DNA of 32,000 nucleotides, from the NCBI RefSeq assembly GCF_008000775.2, contig NZ_CP042905.2, forward strand, positions 1,350,001-1,382,000, written 5' to 3'. Origin of the DNA: Promethearchaeum syntrophicum (lineage in GTDB: Archaea; Asgardarchaeota; Lokiarchaeia; Sigyniarchaeales; Promethearchaeaceae). Under the pieces are notes generated by a model that ran no database searches, was not told where the DNA came from, and saw nothing but the letters and a program-made list of their open reading frames with translations. The translations under genes and the position numbers were made by a program. Positions within the stretch are counted from its first letter, which is position 1. The number at the start of each line of letters is the position of its first letter. Of this stretch, positions 25,859 through 32,000 are shown piece by piece.

Positions 25859-26560
25859 TTAAATGTTTGTTATCTTTTTTTTGGAATTCAAGAATAATGT
25901 CGGAATCAATATTAAACTCGCCATTCCAAGGATTATAATTGATCCCTGAAAATTCCATTTCCATATAATATGATATATTAAAAGAATTATAGACATATTT
26001 GTACATATTATATTCAGTACAGATTTTGAGAGTAAATATAATATTTCTAGAGAAATCAATAAAATCAGTGAAATTATATTTAGGATCAGATTAATCTGCA
26101 TGAATCTGGAATAGTCTGAATCAAAAAGAAATAATTCATTTAACTGAGCTGAAATACTAAATTCGTTAAAATTTAATGTGATAGATAAGCGAATCACGGC
26201 GAATAACAATAATAAAAATATGAATAGAGCTAAGATTTTTTGCAGTAAATCTAATTTCGCAATTTTGTTATATTCAGCTAATTCCTCCTTCTCAGATTTG
26301 TTAATGATTGAGGTTAGCATCTCTTTTATATGATCAGGGCTCTCGTTCTTTATTAAATGCACTTTATAAAATGGATATTCTGCTTTTTTTCTTGATAAAG
26401 CTTCTTTTGCCATCATTGAGATTTTAGGTGAAATATATTTACCTTCCCAAACATACATTATCTTTTCATCTTTATCAATCAACAAGCCCATATCTTTTTC
26501 AGTCAAATTCTCTGCTTCAATCCATATTGCATTAACAAATTTAAAGATAATCATTACCAT
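25859..26560 (-). CDS. membrane-anchored protein with an N-terminal gelsolin-repeat-like domain (inferred)
   Basis: AIWIEAENLTEKDMGLLIDKDEKIMYVWEGKYISPKISMMAKEALSRKKAEYPFYKVHLIKNESPDHIKEML follows the gelsolin-repeat pattern (w-x-ie ... D-x-y-l-l-D ... k-I-y-v-W-x-G-k ... e ... A ... v ... E-x-x-P). Four hydrophobic helices follow. ATG 26560 is preceded by GAGGAG. Confidence 0.45.
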   Translation of the reverse strand: MVMIIFKFVNAIWIEAENLTEKDMGLLIDKDEKIMYVWEGKYISPKISMMAKEALSRKKAEYPFYKVHLIKNESPDHIKEMLTSIINKSEKEELAEYNKIAKLDLLQKILALFIFLLLLFAVIRLSITLNFNEFSISAQLNELFLFDSDYSRFMQINLILNIISLILLISLEILYLLSKSVLNIICTNMSIILLIYHIIWKWNFQGSIIILGMASLILIPTLFLNSKKKITNI

Positions 26561-26658
26561 TCTCAACTCCTCAACTACTTCTTTTCAATAACAAAACCAA
26601 AACTTATTAATTATTTATCCAATTTCCATTATATAATTATCGCATTATATGATTCACC

Positions 26659-26910
26659 ATGAAATTCCGATTAGTTTTTGAAACAACAACAAAAAATGGG
26701 AAAAAAGTACTTTTAAAATTTAAAGTACCCCCATCAAAGCACCTTGGGCTAATAAATTTTCTCAAAATTGCTATGGAGCACGGAGAAGAAGTCAATTTTG
26801 CTGTTGAAAAAATATCTGAAGATAAAAAGGAATTTAGCAAAATCAAAGGTAAATTTTTATTAACAGATGAAGAAGTAAAATCAGAAACTGAAGAAATTAA
26901 AAAGAAATAA
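26659..26910 (+). CDS. small charged hypothetical protein (83 aa)
   Basis: The ORF has an ATG start, lies 16 nt upstream of the same-strand CDP-alcohol phosphatidyltransferase gene, and has a Lys/Glu-rich C-terminus. I recognise no family. Confidence 0.4.
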   Translation: MKFRLVFETTTKNGKKVLLKFKVPPSKHLGLINFLKIAMEHGEEVNFAVEKISEDKKEFSKIKGKFLLTDEEVKSETEEIKKK

Positions 26911-26926
26911 CTGAAGTAAGGCAATT

Positions 26927-27571
26927 ATGACTTCAAAATTTAGACTTAGACCAATATTTGCACCCTTAATTAAATTTTTAGCGAAAGGTTTTGTTAAATT
27001 AAGAATAACTCCTAATATTGCGACTCTTATTATGTTATTTTTCTCGATTATCAGCTCTTTATCATTAATTCTTCTAAATAATCTGCTTCTTTTCGGAGTT
27101 TTTATTTTTATTACAGGAATAATGGATGGAATAGATGGTGCTATTGCGAGATTATCCAATAAAAATTCAAAATTTGGAGCGTTCTTTGATTCTTCTATGG
27201 ACCGATTATCAGAAGGAATAATTTTTTTAGCAATTGTGTGGAAATCTTCTGAATTATTTAATAATATTCCGAAATTGGCAATATTTTTTACCTGGTTCTG
27301 TTTAGTCTTTTCTTTTTTAATTAGTTATGTTAGAGTAAAAACGGAGGTAGTAGTTTCTAGTGAAGAAAATAAATTTGATTCAAATATTGGATTATTTGCT
27401 CGCTCTGAACGTTTATTTTATTTGGTTATTTTAAGTATCCTTAGTTATTTCTTAGGAACTAGTGAATTGGTATTTTTTTCATGGGGAATAATGGTATTTT
27501 CAATTTTGATTTTCGGAACCTTCTTGTATAGATTTGATAAATATCGCAAATTTCTAATAAAGAAAAAATAA
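26927..27571 (+). CDS. CDP-alcohol phosphatidyltransferase (archaetidylinositol-phosphate / archaetidylserine synthase class)
   Basis: The full signature D-G-x2-A-R-x8-G-x3-D-x3-D is present in MDGIDGAIARLSNKNSKFGAFFDSSMDRL. The protein has about six TM helices and is 214 aa long. Confidence 0.9.
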   Translation: MTSKFRLRPIFAPLIKFLAKGFVKLRITPNIATLIMLFFSIISSLSLILLNNLLLFGVFIFITGIMDGIDGAIARLSNKNSKFGAFFDSSMDRLSEGIIFLAIVWKSSELFNNIPKLAIFFTWFCLVFSFLISYVRVKTEVVVSSEENKFDSNIGLFARSERLFYLVILSILSYFLGTSELVFFSWGIMVFSILIFGTFLYRFDKYRKFLIKKK

Positions 27572-27676
27572 GTTAATTTTAACATCTCCTTTTAATTAAA
27601 AAAAATCAAACTTTAATAGAGCACTTTGCTAATTGAGAATACATAGGATATTTGATGAAATCTCTTAGGTGATAAA

Positions 27677-28846
27677 ATGACCCAACTAATTTGTGGAAAT
27701 TGTCATAAAGTGTATGATTCTAGTAAACACGGTAGATGTCCCAAATGTAAAAGGACTACAACTCAATTCTATGAATTTTCAAATAGTGATGATTTTCTTC
27801 AGGCACAAATTCCCAAAATAGAGCAATTTAGAAAGGATACGGGATTACAAGGGCTAGTAAAAGGGCTAAATTGTGTGATAATTAACACTGAACCAGAAAA
27901 TCAAAGATTAGCTGTTAAAGAAATTTTAAAAAACACAGGATTTAGTTATGGACATTCTTTCCAAGATACGAATAATATAATAACGGTTTTAAACGCTAAT
28001 AACTCTGCCGATATATTGGTAAAATCTCGAAAAATAGATAAAAATCCCTTTCGTTCATATAATATCAGACCAAAAACACAAAATTTTCCAAATACTAGAC
28101 TTGAATCATTTGTTTTTGAAGTTTTAAATTTGTCTAAATACGTTGAGATTCAAAAAGATCAAGATGTAAAATTTTTAACCGATATTATTGATAGAGATAA
28201 TTATTCATTTATCCAAACAATGCCATCAAAATTTATCGGAACTTCATATGGTTTTATCCAGTGGCATAAGAATAAAGGTGATTATCACCCAGATGAATTT
28301 AAATCTACTTCAAGCGATATTAAGAAACCTGACTTCGAATATCTGAAAAATATCAAAGAATTAGATCACACCGCAACCAGGGTTAAAGCACAAGATAGAG
28401 ACTCTGCAATTATAGAATTTATGAAATTAACTAATTATAAATTCGATTTTGCGATATATGTAAATCATTTAAATTCAATAACGAATGTAGCGCGATTGTC
28501 CGCCAAAGATTTTGCAATGGTTTTTACATCTGGAATAACCAATTACAAGAATCCTGAAGAATCTGGCCCTACCGAAAGATTCACTTATAATTATGGCCCA
28601 AGGGTACATCATATGGCATTTAACACTGATAAAATTGAGGATTCCTTTGAAGGTCTAAAAGCAAATGGAATGGATTTTCTAATTCAATTAGTGGGTTCGG
28701 AAAATGAAGGTTTAAAACAAACATTTTCAGTGCAATCTCCAAACACACTTATTGTTAACGAATATATTCATCGTTATGGTGATTTCGACGGATTTTTTAC
28801 TCGAAGTAATGTGACTGATTTAACAAGATCAACTGATAAACAATAA
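27677..28846 (+). CDS. zinc-ribbon fused to a 4-hydroxyphenylpyruvate-dioxygenase-like (VOC superfamily) domain
   Basis: The N-terminus CGNCHKVYDSSKHGRCPKCK is a CxxC...CxxC ribbon. The C-terminal half has LDHTATRV, HHMAFNTDKIEDSFEGLKANGMDFL and GLKQTFS...NEYIHRYGDFDGFFTRSNVTDL, which parallel the HPPD His/His/Glu iron-ligand segments (DH, QHIA, LLQIFT...EIIQR..GFGxGNF). A strong SD-like AGGTGAT lies at 27667-27673. Confidence 0.6.
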   Translation: MTQLICGNCHKVYDSSKHGRCPKCKRTTTQFYEFSNSDDFLQAQIPKIEQFRKDTGLQGLVKGLNCVIINTEPENQRLAVKEILKNTGFSYGHSFQDTNNIITVLNANNSADILVKSRKIDKNPFRSYNIRPKTQNFPNTRLESFVFEVLNLSKYVEIQKDQDVKFLTDIIDRDNYSFIQTMPSKFIGTSYGFIQWHKNKGDYHPDEFKSTSSDIKKPDFEYLKNIKELDHTATRVKAQDRDSAIIEFMKLTNYKFDFAIYVNHLNSITNVARLSAKDFAMVFTSGITNYKNPEESGPTERFTYNYGPRVHHMAFNTDKIEDSFEGLKANGMDFLIQLVGSENEGLKQTFSVQSPNTLIVNEYIHRYGDFDGFFTRSNVTDLTRSTDKQ

Positions 28847-28877
28847 AAGGAAAAAATTATTATGTAAATTCTCAAGA

Positions 28878-29594
28878 TCAGGAATTTCTATTATATTGCT
28901 TCAAAATTTCCATTGTTTCCTTCCAATCTTTTACAGTAAACACTCTATTTGGAAGTTTTGTTAACTTTTTAGCTATAGCATAATCATTTTCGCCCTCTTT
29001 AGTTTTATCGCCAAAAAAATGAATTGGACCTTTTATATGTTTAATGATTTGTGCTTTATTCATGCCTAAGGCATAAATATCAATACTAATCTGTCCACCT
29101 ACTGTGGCTTCTATTTCAGGAAATTGTTCCATGATTGTTTTACAGAAATATTCGCGCTCTTTAACTTCAGCATCATATAAATTATAATCATTTCTTTGTT
29201 CTCGGGTACAATTTCTTCCAACAATTGAAAAATTTAGCATCCCGATTCGATGTTCAAAATGCCTTCCCGCACGGATTGGATGTTTGCTATTTTCTATAAA
29301 TTGATTTAGTAAATGTATTAAATCTGGGGGAGCACTCCAATCATTTCGGTAAATTACCTTGCCTTTTTTGTAGCAGATGTTTCCTGCTGTGTTGAAACAA
29401 GCAGTAACCGCTTCTAAAATTTCAGGACCAATTTGTTCAACGGATTTTTCATAGTCTGACCCGGTAATCAAATATACTTTCTTATCTTGTATCCATTCTA
29501 AAAAGAAGGTTTTAAATACTGCTTCAATAGGTAATCTGGCTGGTGTTAATGTTCCATCAATATCAAAAACATAATTTATTTCTTGTTTTTCCAC
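28878..29594 (-). CDS. eukaryotic-type phosphomannomutase (HAD superfamily, PMM family)
   Basis: VFDIDGTLTPARLPI, LITGSDYEKSVEQIG, ISIDIYALGMNKAQ and FFGDKTKEGENDYAI parallel human PMM2 segments (FDVDGTLTxxR, GGSDFEKxxEQLG, ISFDVFPxGWDK, FFGDKTxxGGNDxEI). The gene has a GTG start. Confidence 0.85.
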   Translation of the reverse strand: MEKQEINYVFDIDGTLTPARLPIEAVFKTFFLEWIQDKKVYLITGSDYEKSVEQIGPEILEAVTACFNTAGNICYKKGKVIYRNDWSAPPDLIHLLNQFIENSKHPIRAGRHFEHRIGMLNFSIVGRNCTREQRNDYNLYDAEVKEREYFCKTIMEQFPEIEATVGGQISIDIYALGMNKAQIIKHIKGPIHFFGDKTKEGENDYAIAKKLTKLPNRVFTVKDWKETMEILKQYNRNS

Positions 29595-29697
29595 TGTAAT
29601 CTGCCTAAATAGATAAATTAAACTATAAAATCTTATTTCGTTTTAAGAATTTTTAATAACACCAATAAAAAAGACGAATTTCCTAATAAATTTGATT

Positions 29698-30804
29698 TTA
29701 TTTTCCTTGAAGAAAATTTTCATAGACCTTTTCTACCCGATCAGCAACTGCATCCCATGTATAACGCTTTATAAATTCTGTTGCCTTCGTCATCATTTCT
29801 TGATTCTTTTCTGGATGATGAAAGAAATCAATAAAGGCTTTCGCTAAGAGGTCTGGACGTTGGCGTTCTACAAAAATTGCATTGTCCTGCAATATTTCTT
29901 GATAGGCGGGCATTGTTGAGCATATTACAGGTGTTCCGCATGCAATTGATTCAACCGGCGTTATCCCAAACCCTTCTGATGCAAAAGAATAGGTAACAAA
30001 TACATCTCCCATTGAATAATATGTGGACATATCTTCCTCTTTAACTAAACCAACAAAATTAACATCAGGATTTTCTTTTTTCCATTTCTCAACAGTATCT
30101 TTCATTTTTAAAGTGGGTTTTCCTCCAATCACTAAATTCAATTTTGGAATTTCTTTTTTTGCATGATAATATGCTTCTATTATATGATCCACTCCTTTAT
30201 AGAATGCAATTCTTCCCACATAATAAATAACCGGTCCTTCAATACCTAAATTCTGTTTCAATTCTTTTGCTCTTTTAGGTTGAGGTTTAAAACTTGGATC
30301 ATAACCACAATAAACAGTATGGATCTTCTCCTTTGAACCACCCATGATTTCAATAATGCCCGTTTTTGTTATCTCTGAATTTGTAATTATTTGCTTCGCT
30401 TTGTTTGCATTTCTACGCTCTAACCATTTTAAAATTGGAATCTTTGTAAAATCTGCTTCAAATGGTCCCATATCATGGATAAGAGTTATATACGGCTTTT
30501 TAGTAAACATTACTGGAAGACTACCACGAGATCCATTCCCTTGTATAATATCAAAATCGTGTGTTTTTATATATTTCCGAAATTTAAAATAGAATTTTGG
30601 AACCCATAAAATTCTTCGCTTCGGAACATCAACCGTAATAATATTTTTATCATTAAATCCATCTCCCCATTTTGCAGTTAGCATCGTTAGGTCATGACCA
30701 CGGGATTTTAATGCATCGTATAGACCACGAATGTAATTTGCAGAACCATCTTTATGATCAGGAAAAGCACCCGCAGAAATAATACAAATTTTCAATTTCC
30801 GCAT
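29698..30804 (-). CDS. GT4-family (GT-B fold) glycosyltransferase
   Basis: 368 aa. The N-terminus has KICIISAGAFPDHKDGSANY. The C-terminal EX7E region is SEGFGITPVESIACGTPVI. Confidence 0.9.
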   Translation of the reverse strand: MRKLKICIISAGAFPDHKDGSANYIRGLYDALKSRGHDLTMLTAKWGDGFNDKNIITVDVPKRRILWVPKFYFKFRKYIKTHDFDIIQGNGSRGSLPVMFTKKPYITLIHDMGPFEADFTKIPILKWLERRNANKAKQIITNSEITKTGIIEIMGGSKEKIHTVYCGYDPSFKPQPKRAKELKQNLGIEGPVIYYVGRIAFYKGVDHIIEAYYHAKKEIPKLNLVIGGKPTLKMKDTVEKWKKENPDVNFVGLVKEEDMSTYYSMGDVFVTYSFASEGFGITPVESIACGTPVICSTMPAYQEILQDNAIFVERQRPDLLAKAFIDFFHHPEKNQEMMTKATEFIKRYTWDAVADRVEKVYENFLQGK

Positions 30805-30908
30805 ACATTAATGAATGATATGATGTTTATTTTGTTTACGTATAGAATCAAGATTTTTTTTTTTTGACCTCAATCTTTATTATTATTACAAAATTGATTA
30901 TAACCACG

Positions 30909-31925
30909 ATGAAAATTGTTCCGGTAATTCTCGCTGGTGGCAAAGGAGAACGTTTTTGGCCACTTTCAACTCCCGAAAATCCTAAACAATGTTTACCCAT
31001 TGTTTCTGATCAACCCATGATCGTTGATACCTATAATCGATTGAAAGATTTCGATGATTTCTTCATCGTGGCAAATTCATTTTTATGTGATAAATTCAGA
31101 AAATTACTTCCCGAAAATGTAAACTATATTGAAGAACCAATTGCTCGGAACACGGCTCCTGCTATTGGATTAGCTTGTATAACCCTTTTACAAAAATATG
31201 GGGATTGCATTGTATTCTTTGAAACCGCAGATCATTATTATGAAGATATTTCGCATTACATTAAGGATATAAAAAATGCCTGCACTTTTGCTTCTAACCA
31301 CGATAAGATTGTTCTAATTGGAATAACACCCAAAAATCCACACACAGGTTATGGATACATAAAAAGCGGTTCCAATGTAGAAAATGACCTTTTTTTGGTT
31401 GATAGTTTTAAGGAAAAACCGGATTTACCTACTGCACAGAAATATGTAAAAGATGGTAAATATTCCTGGAATTCAGGCATGTTTATTGGAAAAAGCTCAG
31501 TTATATTACACGAAATAGAAAAATCATTACCGTCCTTATTTTCTGGTCTTCAAAATATAAAAGAAGGTGATTTCTCTAAAGAAATATTACATGATGAATT
31601 CAGTAAGTTTGAGAAGATTTCAATTGATTATGGCGTATTAGAAAGATCGAATGAAACAGTTGTGCTACAATCTACAATGCCATGGGATGATATTGGAGAT
31701 TTTAATGCTGTCTCGCGAATATTGAAACCTGATTCTGAAGGAAATTTCTCAAAAAATCCTATTCATTCACTGGATGCCCATGGAAATATCATAATCTCTA
31801 AAAAATTAGTTGCTTTAATTGATGTGGAGGAATTAATAATTGTAGATACTAAAGATGCCTTGTTAATTTGTAAAAGATCTGAGAGTCAAAAAATTAGAGA
31901 TATAATTAGGAAGTATAATAATTAA
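30909..31925 (+). CDS. mannose-1-phosphate guanylyltransferase (GDP-mannose pyrophosphorylase, no PMI domain)
   Basis: MKIVPVILAGGKGERFWPLS (GxGxRxxPLS), EPIARNTAPAI, GYGYI, FKEKPD, WNSGMF, and SIDYGVLE near the C-terminus. The start is taken at ATG 30909; the track start at 30864 is TTG and adds a hydrophobic stretch. Confidence 0.9.
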   Translation: MKIVPVILAGGKGERFWPLSTPENPKQCLPIVSDQPMIVDTYNRLKDFDDFFIVANSFLCDKFRKLLPENVNYIEEPIARNTAPAIGLACITLLQKYGDCIVFFETADHYYEDISHYIKDIKNACTFASNHDKIVLIGITPKNPHTGYGYIKSGSNVENDLFLVDSFKEKPDLPTAQKYVKDGKYSWNSGMFIGKSSVILHEIEKSLPSLFSGLQNIKEGDFSKEILHDEFSKFEKISIDYGVLERSNETVVLQSTMPWDDIGDFNAVSRILKPDSEGNFSKNPIHSLDAHGNIIISKKLVALIDVEELIIVDTKDALLICKRSESQKIRDIIRKYNN

Positions 31926-32000
31926 TTCACAAATCAATATTGAAAATACCACCCAAAGATCTTTCCCCTTAATTTGAGAAATAGTCTAAATATTGGTATT

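Noticed and set aside
25788-26006. A 72-aa minus-strand ORF bridges the gelsolin-like gene and the longin-like gene.
   Set aside because: It overlaps the C-terminal TM helices of the gelsolin-like CDS in another frame and has no motifs. It is most likely spurious.
26637-27159. Minus-strand ORFs of 95 aa (26637..26924) and 92 aa (26881..27159) lie opposite the 83-aa ORF and the CDP-alcohol phosphatidyltransferase.
   Set aside because: The phosphatidyltransferase frame carries a complete family signature. The antisense products are Ser/Phe/Leu/Ile-rich with no motifs. The 95-aa ORF competes with the 83-aa plus-strand ORF, and I kept the latter only at low confidence.

Overview
The window is a visibly AT-rich, densely packed archaeal chromosomal segment with about 35 protein-coding genes. 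I found no rRNA, tRNA, CRISPR array, IS element or integrase. All family calls come from reading motifs by eye, with no database search. Archaeal identity rests on ribosomal proteins uS2 and eS8, SRP19, RibL-type FAD synthase and a tetrahydromethanopterin (H4MPT) biosynthesis cluster at 1.6-8.5 kb. The window also encodes several eukaryote-signature-type proteins: a Rab/Ras-like small GTPase, a longin-like protein, a gelsolin-repeat protein, a translin/TRAX-like protein and a eukaryotic-type phosphomannomutase. From this combination I infer an Asgard (Loki-like) archaeon. Other content includes housekeeping genes (prs, rpe, a P-type ATPase, an SDR epimerase), a GH127 glycosidase coupled to a membrane protein, and a GDP-mannose / glycosyltransferase / CDP-alcohol phosphatidyltransferase cluster at 26.9-31.9 kb. 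The most interesting region is 22.8-26.6 kb. There a small GTPase sits beside an operon-like pair: a membrane-anchored gelsolin-repeat protein and a longin-like plus ACT-like protein. An ArsR wHTH regulator fused to a polytopic membrane domain lies in the same region. Further sequence-level oddities are listed here.
- Two conserved genes have essential N-terminal motifs upstream of any ATG/GTG/TTG, suggesting ATT starts preceded by Shine-Dalgarno-like motifs.
- A P2-type ATPase has its canonical cation ligands replaced.
- An M28 peptidase homolog has substituted metal ligands and inserted transmembrane hairpins.
- A translin-like gene has an (AAT)10 tract directly after its GTG start.
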